Source: a bacterium
GTDB taxonomy: Bacteria > Hydrothermota > Tepidihabitantia > Tepidihabitantales > Tepidihabitantaceae
Length of the DNA: 64,000 bases
Assembly: GCA_039793395.1 (NCBI GenBank)
Contig: JBAMLV010000022.1
Location: 2,897-66,896, forward strand
Direction: 5' to 3'
The position numbers and the translations under genes are program-made. Every line of letters begins with the position of its first letter. Positions within the stretch are counted from its first letter, which is position 1. Shown piece after piece: positions 50,584-60,175 of this stretch. A model generated the notes under the pieces. It searched no databases and was not told the DNA's origin. It saw only the letters and a program-made list of their open reading frames with translations.

Positions 50584-52584
50584 ATGCGACCGATGGTGAT
50601 GACGGTGCTGTTCACAGCGGTGGTGCTGGTGGCGAAGCCGCTGGAATTGAGGTTTGCGGTCGTTGGCGATGTGAATATTTCGGGCAATAAACAGGTGGGA
50701 GAAACGGGTGCCGAGCTGGCACGGCCGCTGACCGTTCAGGTTCTTCACCAGGGCCAGCCTGCGGCTGATGTGCCGGTTCGGTTCTCAATTCTCCACCAAC
50801 CGCAAGAAAACAGCTACGCCGGCACTCCCTGCCGGTTATCGGATACGCTGGTTCTAACCGACCGACTCGGATTTGCCAGGACCAAACTGGTGCTGGGCAG
50901 TTATCCGGGCGATTATCTGATCCGGGCAGAAACGGGCGAACTGGGGCTGATTTTCACCATTAAGGGGCTAAGAAGGGGTTGGTATTTTTTAACAATACTG
51001 GAAGTGATTGGCGGCATGGCGATATTTCTGTTCGGTCTATATTACGGTTCAAAGGGATTACGCCGGCTTGCCGGCGACCGGTTAAGGCAGGTGCTGTTTT
51101 CGCTCACCCGGAATCGACTGCTGGGACTGGTCGTCGGGGTTATGATTACGGCGATATTCCAATCTTCAAATGCCACGGTCAGCCTGCTGATATCGCTGGC
51201 ATCAACCGGACTGCTGACGCTGGGACAGTCGCTGGGGGTGATTCTTGGCGCTGATATCGGAACTACCCTTACGGTTCAGTTATTATCCTTCCGGATATAT
51301 GATTACGCACTGCTGGCAATTGCGATTGGTTTAGTGCTGATGAATATCAGTTGGCGGTTGCGTGATATTGGTCAGGCGGTGTTTGGATTCGGTTTGGTTT
51401 TCTTCTCGCTGAAGGTGGTTTTGACCGCGGTTGAGCCGGTAAAGTCGGTTCCGCAGGTCCAGGAGCTCCTCCGGGCTGGCAGTCTGCATCCGCTTTACTC
51501 ATTCATAATTGCACTTGTTTTTACCGCCCTGTTAAGGTCCTCGGCGGCAACGATTGGCATCATGGTTGGGCTTTCATATTCCGGACTGGTAGAGTTAAGA
51601 AATGCGATTCCATTTCTGCTTGGTGCTAATGTTGGCAGCGGATTAAGTGCGCTCTTGGTGTCCTGGCAGGGCACGGTTGAAGGTAAAAGGGTGGCTGCTG
51701 CTCAGGTTATTTTTAAGGTGCTTACCGTGCTGCTGGTGCTGCCATTTGTGCCATTAATAGTAAATGTGTTTGCCCGAACTTCGTCTTTGGTTGCCCGACA
51801 GATTGCGAACGCTCATACATTTATTAACATTTTCGTGGCGTTGTTGGTGCTGCCTTTTCTGGGTCTATTCACCCGTTTGCTGGAACGGCTGATACCGGAC
51901 CGGACCCAAGAAAGGATGGCGCCACGCTATCTTAATCCGGCAGCATTAACCACTCCGGAACTGGCGCTGGCGCAGGCAACCCGGGAAATTTTAAGAATGG
52001 GGGAAATTGTCCAGCAAATGCTCGACACCGCCCTGACCGTTTTCTTGGAAAATGATAAGGATGGATGCCGGCGACTGGCGAATGAAGATGACCGGGTGGA
52101 CAATCTGGAAGTGGAAATTACCGGCTTTTTATCCAAAATTTCCACGGAATCATTAAGTGCGGAAAGTTTCCGTCGCATCCGGGCGCTGTTTTATATAACC
52201 GATGAACTGGAGCATATTGCCGATATTGTATCAAAGAACATCGTAGTATATACCAGAAAGAAAATTAATAACAATCTGGCATTTTCCGCTGCCGGACTAA
52301 AAGAAATAAAGGATTTTCATCAGGAGGTGGTTAGAAATCTGTCCCTGGCGTTAAACTGTCTGGCAACCTGGGACACCGATATGGCAAAACAACTGGCTGA
52401 TAAAAGGGAGTGGGGAGTGGAGAAGAAGCGGGAATTACACAATCGCCACCTGGAGAGGTTAAACCAGGGCTTGAAGGAAACAATTGATACTTCAACAATT
52501 CACCTTGATTTAATCTCGGACCTGGAAAGGATAAATTTTCACTGCTCGCAAATCGGTGTAGCAATCATCGGAATAAGAACCTGA
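50584..52584 (+). CDS. Na+/phosphate symporter family protein (NptA/YjbB-like) with PhoU-like C-terminal domains and an N-terminal extracytoplasmic extension
   Basis: Na/Pi cotransporter repeats (QSSNATVSLLISL, RSSAATIGIMVGL) and a C-terminal helical PhoU-like region. The first ~130 aa are a beta-rich extra domain behind a signal/anchor helix. Confidence 0.85.
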   Translation: MRPMVMTVLFTAVVLVAKPLELRFAVVGDVNISGNKQVGETGAELARPLTVQVLHQGQPAADVPVRFSILHQPQENSYAGTPCRLSDTLVLTDRLGFARTKLVLGSYPGDYLIRAETGELGLIFTIKGLRRGWYFLTILEVIGGMAIFLFGLYYGSKGLRRLAGDRLRQVLFSLTRNRLLGLVVGVMITAIFQSSNATVSLLISLASTGLLTLGQSLGVILGADIGTTLTVQLLSFRIYDYALLAIAIGLVLMNISWRLRDIGQAVFGFGLVFFSLKVVLTAVEPVKSVPQVQELLRAGSLHPLYSFIIALVFTALLRSSAATIGIMVGLSYSGLVELRNAIPFLLGANVGSGLSALLVSWQGTVEGKRVAAAQVIFKVLTVLLVLPFVPLIVNVFARTSSLVARQIANAHTFINIFVALLVLPFLGLFTRLLERLIPDRTQERMAPRYLNPAALTTPELALAQATREILRMGEIVQQMLDTALTVFLENDKDGCRRLANEDDRVDNLEVEITGFLSKISTESLSAESFRRIRALFYITDELEHIADIVSKNIVVYTRKKINNNLAFSAAGLKEIKDFHQEVVRNLSLALNCLATWDTDMAKQLADKREWGVEKKRELHNRHLERLNQGLKETIDTSTIHLDLISDLERINFHCSQIGVAIIGIRT

Positions 52585-52614
52585 AAATAAAAAGAGCCCG
52601 GAAAACCCGGGCTC
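52584..52614 (-). terminator. Intrinsic terminator oriented for the minus strand
   Basis: Minus-strand read: GAGCCCGG-GTTTT-CCGGGCTC followed by TTTTTATTTT. On the plus strand the stem is followed by AAGTGC with no T-run. Confidence 0.6.
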
Positions 52615-52793
52615 AAGTGCAGAGCTGCGACGCATCTCACCCCTTTATAGCCGCTCCCTCAATTCTACGCAAGTTGCTTTTGTCATAATTACACTCCGCG
52701 CCCTCGCCTCACATTAGCCCCAACCTCATCCAGCCCCATTTACTGGAATAACCCATATTAACCCGAGCAATATCTATGCCAATCTATGTCACA
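52585..52793 (-). ncRNA. Candidate small RNA (unassigned family), ending at the minus-strand terminator
   Basis: A possible promoter TTACTT-N17-TATAAA (52828-52800, minus) and the terminator at 52614-52584 bracket ~200 nt. No ORF of 60 aa or more occurs in any frame, and the minus-strand sequence is G-rich and C-poor. I could not match it to tmRNA, RNase P, SRP or 6S by eye. Confidence 0.3.
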
Positions 52794-52994
52794 CTTGCCT
52801 TTATATTTAAGTCACTTAAAATAAGTAAGTTATAGAATTTACCGGAAAACCACAAAGAAAAGAAGAATAATTATTGCCTAAATTATCAGCGGTGATGTCG
52901 TAGTTTTCTGCTATCGTTTATGGTTTCGGGGTGGTGATGGCAGGTTTGTGGTTGCGACTTTTTATTTTATTTAATCATGTCGAGGGTCAAATGC

Positions 52995-53021
52995 TTGACT
53001 TGAGAGCTGGGCGGGTATAAT
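52995..53021 (+). promoter_or_regulatory. Putative promoter TTGACT-N15-TATAAT
   Basis: TTGACT at 52995-53000 and TATAAT at 53016-53021. The leader contains AAAGGAG before ATG 53049. Confidence 0.45.
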
Positions 53022-53048
53022 TATTTACCAAAATGAAAGGAGTAAAAG

Positions 53049-53696
53049 ATGAAAAAAGGGATAGCAGTTCTGTTTGCACTGGCACTGGGAGTTCAGATTT
53101 ATGCTCAACAGAAAATAGATACCCTAATGGTTCCTTATGACTCGCTGATGGATTACCGGGTTAGTGTGGATGGTTATATTGATGTTGAGGATAATGAGTA
53201 TCCGGCAGCTTTCCGGGATCCGGCGACCGGCATTACTGTGCACTGGGGACATGATGACAGTCTGATTTATATTGGGATGGAAGCAAGGGGCAAGGGATGG
53301 CTGGCAATCGGGTTTGGTTCGCCAGTGATGAGCGGTTCAAATATGATTATTGGCTTCTATGCTGACGATTCGGCTGGGGTGGTCAACCATGTGGGTGCCG
53401 GCAGGCTGCATCGTCCGCCGAAGGGTAACGAGAATCTGATTGAGGATTGGGAGATTGATTATGATGATGAGAGCAATACCGTGGTAATGGAGTTCGTGTA
53501 CCCGCTCCAATGGCAGGGATTAACGGGAACAGCAGTGTCCGGTTTATTGCCGGAGCACCTTTATGACCTGATACTGGCACGCAATCCGAGAACAATTTCA
53601 CTGGCGGCAAAACATGCCCAGAAGTCACACCGGGTTTTCGCTCTCGCACCCAATCCAGCTGCTGAACCGAACAAGTCCCAACCAGAAAATAAGTAA
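53049..53696 (+). CDS. Secreted protein, possibly DOMON-like fold
   Basis: Signal peptide MKKGIAVLFALALGVQIYA. GWLAIGFG...MSGSNMIIGF is reminiscent of DOMON/heme-binding beta-sandwich domains. The family assignment is weak. Confidence 0.4.
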   Translation: MKKGIAVLFALALGVQIYAQQKIDTLMVPYDSLMDYRVSVDGYIDVEDNEYPAAFRDPATGITVHWGHDDSLIYIGMEARGKGWLAIGFGSPVMSGSNMIIGFYADDSAGVVNHVGAGRLHRPPKGNENLIEDWEIDYDDESNTVVMEFVYPLQWQGLTGTAVSGLLPEHLYDLILARNPRTISLAAKHAQKSHRVFALAPNPAAEPNKSQPENK

Positions 53697-53726
53697 GTTA
53701 CGCGGCTCTTACTCATCATTTTACCA

Positions 53727-54443
53727 TTGGTTCACAGTGAGGTTGATTTTACCACTTTAGGGTGCAGCCCGATTGATGCTGATATTGTGATTGTGCCCAA
53801 TTTCGGCGGCTGGGGCAATGTTCCTTTAAGTCAGGCCCGGGATTTGGAACCGATAATTACCGGGGTTCAACAGTACCTTGACAGTTGCGGATGGCGGACA
53901 ATAGTTGCTCCCTATCGCCGGGCGCCGGCGGTTTTTCCGCAGGTGCCGGAATGCCGGGTTCAGTTGGGGGTAATTACCGAGATGCTGGGGTTGCATCACA
54001 CCCGGGCACGGCGCTTTGTCAATGTACTTGAGGCAGTTGCCCGGCAAAATCCAAAAGTGAAATTTCTACTCATCGGGCTTTCAAACGGCGCCACTTTTGT
54101 TGATAAGACCGTGGAGCTGATGTCTTCCCGGTTTGACCGTCAGGTGGCGGCGGTAGCAATCGGAATTCCGTTCTGGAGCAGTATCTGTATGAGTGATAAT
54201 ATAATACACCTGGATAATGGTGGTGGCGACCCTTTAACGCAGGGGCAGGTGGAGGAGTTGGTGGGAGCAACCGTAGCCGGTCTATTTCTGCAGTTTACCG
54301 ATCTGATTAGCGGCCGAAAGACAAGGTTTGAAGATGTCTGGCAGATACCGGACCATTTTTACCGCTGGGAAGAAATGAGGCCGGCGGTGGTTAATTTTAT
54401 CAACCACTGGCTGGTTCATGACGAACCGGCATTCCACCATTGA
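53727..54443 (+). CDS. Putative alpha/beta-hydrolase-fold protein
   Basis: IVIVPNFGGWG followed by the nucleophile-elbow-like FLLIGLSNGATF (GxSxG). The start (TTG 53727) is uncertain and has no clear SD. Confidence 0.4.
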   Translation: MVHSEVDFTTLGCSPIDADIVIVPNFGGWGNVPLSQARDLEPIITGVQQYLDSCGWRTIVAPYRRAPAVFPQVPECRVQLGVITEMLGLHHTRARRFVNVLEAVARQNPKVKFLLIGLSNGATFVDKTVELMSSRFDRQVAAVAIGIPFWSSICMSDNIIHLDNGGGDPLTQGQVEELVGATVAGLFLQFTDLISGRKTRFEDVWQIPDHFYRWEEMRPAVVNFINHWLVHDEPAFHH

Positions 54444-54504
54444 CAATTATTATTACTTTGGTAATGTATATAAATGGAGTGCTGGCGATTAAAAAGGAGG
54501 AATT

Positions 54505-55980
54505 ATGCGCCGTAGTTTTAGATTTGCCGGGAGCCTGACGCTTTCCGGATTGGCAGGTTTAGTGATATTTGCCGGTTGTCCGAAGCCGCCGCTTACTCCT
54601 GATAAGCCTCGTGGTGCGGAAATAACTTTTGCCAATACTGTTTACTCCTGCACCACCAGCACCACCGACCCGCAGGGTCAGCAGGTGGCGTTCCAGTTTG
54701 ACTGGGGGGATGGCGTGAGGTCGGAATGGTCGGGCTGGCTGGCGGGCGGCACACCGTTTGCCGATACTCATACCTATGTCCAGAGTGGCGAGGTGAAGAT
54801 TACCGTTCGGGCAAAAAACAGCCGGGGAAAGGTTTCAGGCTGGTCTGAACCGCTGATTGTCAATGTCAGCCCGGGTGAGGGTAATGTGCTTTGGAGGTTC
54901 GGTTATTATGACCCGGAATCGCCTGAGGATTCGGCCGATTTTACCGGTCACACCTTTGCCATCGGTCCGGAGGGGCAGATTTACATCGGTTCGGGAGACA
55001 TCTGTGCCTTACTCTGCCGTAAGAGCAATGGGAGTAGACGCTGGGAGTTTATCGACCCGGATGAAGAGGAGTTTTCGGTGGCACCGGTTGTTGGTGAGGA
55101 CGGAACGGTTTATGTCGGGACCGAAGGTGGAAAGTTTTATGCCCTGACCGCTTCCGGGACCAGGAAATGGGAGGTTACATTCCGGTCCGGGATTATCGTT
55201 CCGCCCGCGCTTGGCGCCGATGGCACCATTTTTGTCCAGCCCGAAGATGACACCGTTTTTGCCCTTGACCCGAACAATGGTGCCCGCAAATGGGGCTTTT
55301 ACGCCGGGGGTGGGGTTCAGCCGCCAGTAGTCGGGGCGGACGGAACAGTCTATGTTTCCCATGATGACACGCTATTTGCACTTGACCCGACAAATGGCGG
55401 TATCAAATGGCGTTATGGAATGAGGCAGGCAATTGCCACGGCGCCGGCAGTTGATGTCAGCCGGAATGTGGTCTACACGGTGGATGATGATGGCTGGCTG
55501 GCTTCAGTCAATCTTGCCGATGGCAGTGAGAACTGGCAGGTCTGGGTTGCTGGTGATGCCTCGTCCCCGGTCATTGATGAGAACGGCAGAATTTACATCA
55601 CCGGTGGTGGACGGCTGCTGGCATTGAATCCGGTGAATGGCGGTGTTGAATGGGAATGGGTGTCACCGGTTCCGGAGGAGATGACGATGCCGGCGGTTTC
55701 CAGTGAGGGGATTGTTTACCTGCTGGTTTTCTCGTCAACGGTGGCGGGTGCGGTTGATACTTTGTATGCAGTCAACCACGACGGCAGCCGGCGCTGGGCG
55801 GTCGGGCTCGGGGTCGGAACCCCGCTGGATTTTGTCTCGGCACCGAAGATTGACGACCGGGGATTTGTCTATATCGGTGATGGCACCCGGGGCTGGTGTG
55901 TTGTCGGTAAGGGTGGCCCGGCGGCATCATCCTGGCCGATGTTTCAGGCCGATATCAGGAATTCCGGAAGGGCAAGATAA
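54505..55980 (+). CDS. Lipoprotein with a PKD-like domain and a PQQ-type beta-propeller
   Basis: Lipobox VIFAGC. FQFDWGDGVRSEWSGW (PKD-like). Repeated GTVYVG...FYAL...G..KW propeller blades. AAGGAGG SD. Confidence 0.7.
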   Translation: MRRSFRFAGSLTLSGLAGLVIFAGCPKPPLTPDKPRGAEITFANTVYSCTTSTTDPQGQQVAFQFDWGDGVRSEWSGWLAGGTPFADTHTYVQSGEVKITVRAKNSRGKVSGWSEPLIVNVSPGEGNVLWRFGYYDPESPEDSADFTGHTFAIGPEGQIYIGSGDICALLCRKSNGSRRWEFIDPDEEEFSVAPVVGEDGTVYVGTEGGKFYALTASGTRKWEVTFRSGIIVPPALGADGTIFVQPEDDTVFALDPNNGARKWGFYAGGGVQPPVVGADGTVYVSHDDTLFALDPTNGGIKWRYGMRQAIATAPAVDVSRNVVYTVDDDGWLASVNLADGSENWQVWVAGDASSPVIDENGRIYITGGGRLLALNPVNGGVEWEWVSPVPEEMTMPAVSSEGIVYLLVFSSTVAGAVDTLYAVNHDGSRRWAVGLGVGTPLDFVSAPKIDDRGFVYIGDGTRGWCVVGKGGPAASSWPMFQADIRNSGRAR

Positions 55981-55997
55981 CCGGAGGTGGCATCCGG

Positions 55998-58973
55998 ATG
56001 GACAGCACTCCGTCAGCACCGCAACCGATGATTTTTCAGCCGGTTGCGACCCAGCCTGATTATCAGGAAATACAGCGCCGGATACTGAAATTCTGGGAAG
56101 AAGGGCGTTATTTTTACCGGTTGATGGCGCGGAACCGGGGTGGACCGAAGTTCAGGTTTCTTGACGGTCCGATTACTGCCAACGGTCCGATGGGAGTTCA
56201 TCATGCCTGGGGCCGGACTTACAAGGATGTGTTCCAGCGCTATAAGGCGATGATCGGATTTGACCAGCGGTTTCAGAACGGGTTTGACTGTCAGGGGCTC
56301 TGGGTGGAGGTTGAAGTTGAAAAGGAGCTCGGCTTTAAATCCAAGCGCGACATTGAAAAGTTCGGCATTGACCGGTTTGTTGAGAAATGCAAGGAACGGG
56401 TGCTCAGGTTTTCCCGGATTCAGACCCAGCAGTCAATATTGATTGGACAGTGGATGGACTGGGACAACTCCTATTACACGATGTCGGAGGAAAACAACTA
56501 TTCCATCTGGTATTTTCTCCGGGAATGTCATCGCCGGGGACTGATTTACGAGGGAACCGATGTGATGCCCTGGTGTGCCCGGTGCGGAACCGCGATTTCG
56601 GATATGGAGATTGCGACTGAGGGGTATCGGCAGCTGACCCATCCGGCGGTTTTCGTTAAGTTTCCGGTTCAGGGGAAGGAGAAGGAAAGTCTGCTCGTCT
56701 GGACGACCACGCCCTGGACTTTAAGTTCCAATACCGGTGCAGCGGTGCATCCGGAGCTGAGCTATGTCCGGGCAAAACTGGGGGATGAGGTTTTTATCCT
56801 GGCAAAGGAGCGGCTGGGTGTGCTCGGTCCGGAGGCAAAAGTTGTTGAGGAGTTTTCAGGTTCGGAGCTTGCTGGTCTCAGGTATCGTGGACCGTTTGAT
56901 GAACTGCCGGCACAGCAGGGGGTAGAGCATCGGGTGGTGGTCTGGGATGAGGTGAGCGCCAGTGAAGGGACCGGTATTGTCCACATCGCGCCGGGGTGCG
57001 GTAAGGAGGATTTTCGGCTGGGTAAGGAACAGGGGCTGGCGGTGATCGCGCCGTTACTGGAGGACGGGACCTTTCGGGATGGGTTTGACTGGTTGAGCGG
57101 TCGACCAGCGGGGGAGGTGGCGGCAGACATTTTTACCAACCTTCGGGCAAAGGGAGTCCTTTTCCGGGTTGAGGATTATACCCACCGTTATCCGGTGTGC
57201 TGGCGCTGCGGGGAGGAACTGGTTTTCCGGCTGGTGGATGAATGGTTTATCAGGATGGATCCGCTCCGGGCTGAGATTATGGATTCGGCACGGCAGGTGC
57301 GGTGGATTCCGGAGTTCGGGCTGGAACGGGAACTGGACTGGCTCCGCAATATGGGCGACTGGTGTATTTCCAAGAAGCGGTACTGGGGGCTGGCGTTGCC
57401 GATTTTCAAATGTGAGTGCGGCTGGTTTGATGTGATTGGTTCCCGGGAGGAGTTACGCGCGCGGGCGGTTGCCGGCTGGGAGAAGTTTGAAGGTCATACA
57501 CCGCACCGCCCCTGGGTGGATGAGGTGAAAATTGCCTGCGCTCAATGTGGCCAAGCGGTTGCCCGGATTAAGGATGTTGGTAACCCCTGGCTGGATGCCG
57601 GAATTGTTCCCTTTTCCACCACCCATTACCTTACCAACCGCAGTTACTGGCAGGAGTGGTTTCCGTTTGACTTTATCACCGAATCATTTCCCGGGCAGTT
57701 CCGTAACTGGTTCTATGCCATTCTGGCGATGAGCACGGTGCTGGAAAGGTGTGCGCCTTTTAAAACGGTGCTCGGTTACGCCACAATGAAGGCGGAAGAC
57801 GGTCGGGAGATGCATAAATCCTGGGGTAATGCAATTGAGGTGGAAGAGGCGGTGGAGAAGATGGGCGCGGATGTGATGCGCTGGGTTTTTGCCCGGCACA
57901 ACCCGGTTCAGAATCTGCTGTTCGGCTTCAAAGCCGGGCAGGAGGTTAAGCGGAAGTTGTTGACCTTCTGGAATGTCTACGGATTTTTTGTGACCTATGC
58001 GAATATTGATCGCATCAACCCGGCGGAACTGTCGGTGAAGCAAGAAGACCTGACGCTCTTGGACCGCTGGATTCTGTCCCGGCTCAATTCGCTGGTGGCG
58101 CTCGCCCGGGACCGGCTTGACGATTACGACTGTATGAGCGTGGCGCTGGCGGTGGAGGAGTTTATTGACGACCTGTCAACCTGGTATGTGCGCCGCAACC
58201 GGCGCCGGTTCTGGAAGTCGGCTGAGGATAAAGACAAAGCCGCGGCTTATTATACGCTTTATAACTGTCTTGTCAGCCTGGTGAAACTGCTGGCGCCAAT
58301 TATGCCCTTTATCACCGAAGACATCTATCAGAATCTGGTCCGGCGCTGCGACCCAGCGGCACCGGAAAGTGTTCATCTCTGTTATTATCCGGAAGTGGCG
58401 GTGGAAATGATTGACCAAAAACTGGAAAAAGAGATGAAGGCAGTGCGCACGCTTGTATCCCTGGGCCATGCTGCCCGGGAGAAGGCACAGGTCCGGGTTC
58501 GGCAGCCACTGGCGCGGATGGCAGTGGTAATCAGGAACGGGCAACCGGCGGAGCGGTTCCAGCCCTATCTGGAGATTATCAAGGATGAACTGAATATCCG
58601 GGAGGTGCTGTTTTTGAAAACCGGGGAGACGATGCCGGCCGGGCTGGTGATTCAGACCGATGATGATTATACGGTTGGCATTGACACCCGGCTAACTCCG
58701 GAACTGGAATATGAGGGGGTCGCCCGGGAACTGGTGCGCAAGATTCAGAGTATGCGTAAGAATGCCGGATTGCAGGTGGTTGACCGGATTGTGATTGGCA
58801 TCCAGTGTCCGGCAAAAGTGATTGAGGCAATCCAGATGTTCGGTGATTACATCCGGCAGGAAACCCTGGCGCAGGATCTCCGCTTTGCGCCGCTGGCGCA
58901 GTGCGCAGCCCGGGGTGATTTTGACATCAACGGCAACCCGGTGCGGGTTGAGATAAATAAGGAAGGGGATTAA
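55998..58973 (+). CDS. ileS: Isoleucyl-tRNA synthetase (type 2-like)
   Basis: 991 aa. HIGH-region variant PMGVHHAWGR, KMSKS-region EMHKSWGN, CP1 editing insertion and C-terminal Zn-type Cys pairs (CWRCGEE, CECG, CAQCG). GGAGGTG SD. Confidence 0.95.
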   Translation: MDSTPSAPQPMIFQPVATQPDYQEIQRRILKFWEEGRYFYRLMARNRGGPKFRFLDGPITANGPMGVHHAWGRTYKDVFQRYKAMIGFDQRFQNGFDCQGLWVEVEVEKELGFKSKRDIEKFGIDRFVEKCKERVLRFSRIQTQQSILIGQWMDWDNSYYTMSEENNYSIWYFLRECHRRGLIYEGTDVMPWCARCGTAISDMEIATEGYRQLTHPAVFVKFPVQGKEKESLLVWTTTPWTLSSNTGAAVHPELSYVRAKLGDEVFILAKERLGVLGPEAKVVEEFSGSELAGLRYRGPFDELPAQQGVEHRVVVWDEVSASEGTGIVHIAPGCGKEDFRLGKEQGLAVIAPLLEDGTFRDGFDWLSGRPAGEVAADIFTNLRAKGVLFRVEDYTHRYPVCWRCGEELVFRLVDEWFIRMDPLRAEIMDSARQVRWIPEFGLERELDWLRNMGDWCISKKRYWGLALPIFKCECGWFDVIGSREELRARAVAGWEKFEGHTPHRPWVDEVKIACAQCGQAVARIKDVGNPWLDAGIVPFSTTHYLTNRSYWQEWFPFDFITESFPGQFRNWFYAILAMSTVLERCAPFKTVLGYATMKAEDGREMHKSWGNAIEVEEAVEKMGADVMRWVFARHNPVQNLLFGFKAGQEVKRKLLTFWNVYGFFVTYANIDRINPAELSVKQEDLTLLDRWILSRLNSLVALARDRLDDYDCMSVALAVEEFIDDLSTWYVRRNRRRFWKSAEDKDKAAAYYTLYNCLVSLVKLLAPIMPFITEDIYQNLVRRCDPAAPESVHLCYYPEVAVEMIDQKLEKEMKAVRTLVSLGHAAREKAQVRVRQPLARMAVVIRNGQPAERFQPYLEIIKDELNIREVLFLKTGETMPAGLVIQTDDDYTVGIDTRLTPELEYEGVARELVRKIQSMRKNAGLQVVDRIVIGIQCPAKVIEAIQMFGDYIRQETLAQDLRFAPLAQCAARGDFDINGNPVRVEINKEGD

Positions 58974-59365
58974 TGAAGCCGAAAAAGAGTTGCCGCACTT
59001 CACCGCTGAGTAAAAACGACCTGCTGCGGCTGGAGAAGGCGCTCCTGGAAGAAAAGCAGCGCATCCTCAGGCAGAGCAGTTTTACCCAGAAGGTAATGGA
59101 CTCACCCGCGGCTGCCGGTGACCTGTCCAGTCATCGGACCCATGTGGCGGACCAGGGGACGGAAAACTATCAGCGGGAGTTTGCCTCCCAGCTCAAGTCA
59201 ATTGAATCATCGGCGCTGCGTGAGATTGATGATGCGCTTGCCCGGATTGCCAGCGGTACTTACGGCATGTGCGAGCGGTGCGGCGAGCCGATACCGCGGG
59301 CACGGCTGGAGGTTGTTCCCTATGCCCGGTTGTGCATGAAGTGTCTGAAAGCCAGCAGGTGCTAA
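58973..59365 (+). CDS. DksA/TraR-family C4 zinc-finger protein
   Basis: CERCGEPIPRARLEVVPYARLCMKC C4 finger with an upstream coiled-coil region. TAATG overlap with ileS. Confidence 0.8.
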   Translation: MKPKKSCRTSPLSKNDLLRLEKALLEEKQRILRQSSFTQKVMDSPAAAGDLSSHRTHVADQGTENYQREFASQLKSIESSALREIDDALARIASGTYGMCERCGEPIPRARLEVVPYARLCMKCLKASRC

Positions 59366-59401
59366 CCGCGCGGGCAGCAGGGTTGAAACCGGCAGTCGGC
59401 A

Positions 59402-60172
59402 ATGGGGGGTATCAGCAGTAGCGGGCGGGAGTTAAATCGTCAGGGGGAATTGATAAAAAACATCAAATTGACAATTGAGTTTGACGGCACCGATTATGCC
59501 GGGTGGCAGATTCAATCCGGGCAGCCGACAGTTCAGGGGTTGATTGAAAATGCGGTCGCACGGGTGTTCGGTCAGGCAATAACCGTTTATGGCTGCAGTC
59601 GCACTGACGCCGGGGTTTCGGCGCGCAACTACACCGCCAATTTTTTCATGCCGCTAAAACTGCCGGTTGACCGGATACCAGCCGCCCTCAATCACTATCT
59701 GCCCCCAGCGATTTATGTCCATCAGGCAGAAGTGGTGCCGGACGATTTTCATGCCCGCTATTCAGCCCGGGTGAAAACCTATGTCTATCACCTCATCTGC
59801 GGCCGGTCACCACTGCGCCGGCGATTTGCCTGGGAGTATCCGGGCAGGCTTGACCTCAGCCGGCTGAAAAAGGGGGCGCGGCTTTTTGTCGGGACCAGGG
59901 ATTTCAGCCGCTTCTGTTTTGTCCGGTCGGGGAACGGGGTCTGCACGGTAAAATCAATCACCGTCCGGTCGCGGCAGGATGAACTGCTGATTACGGTCCG
60001 GGGAGACCGGTTTCTTTACAAACTGGTCCGGCGGATGGTCGGCGCGCTGGTTGCCTATGCGGCGGGACGCATCACCAGCCGGGACATCCGGGCAGCACTT
60101 GCGGGCAGAAAACACAAGCCGTTTATTACCGCACCGGCACACGGGCTGATTCTGGAACGGGTTGGCTATTAA
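59402..60172 (+). CDS. truA: tRNA pseudouridine(38-40) synthase TruA
   Basis: IKLTIEFDGTDYAGWQIQ and the catalytic CSRTDAGVSA. The exact start is uncertain because the N-terminal ~17 aa are not conserved-looking. Confidence 0.9.
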   Translation: MGGISSSGRELNRQGELIKNIKLTIEFDGTDYAGWQIQSGQPTVQGLIENAVARVFGQAITVYGCSRTDAGVSARNYTANFFMPLKLPVDRIPAALNHYLPPAIYVHQAEVVPDDFHARYSARVKTYVYHLICGRSPLRRRFAWEYPGRLDLSRLKKGARLFVGTRDFSRFCFVRSGNGVCTVKSITVRSRQDELLITVRGDRFLYKLVRRMVGALVAYAAGRITSRDIRAALAGRKHKPFITAPAHGLILERVGY

Positions 60173-60175
60173 AAT

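Noticed and set aside
52776-52835. A 19-codon plus-strand ORF (MPIYVTLAFIFKSLKISKL) antisense to the candidate sRNA 5' end, considered as a possible type I toxin.
   Set aside because: The hydrophobic stretch is only ~10 residues, too short for a membrane helix, and there is no SD or promoter. The evidence is insufficient.
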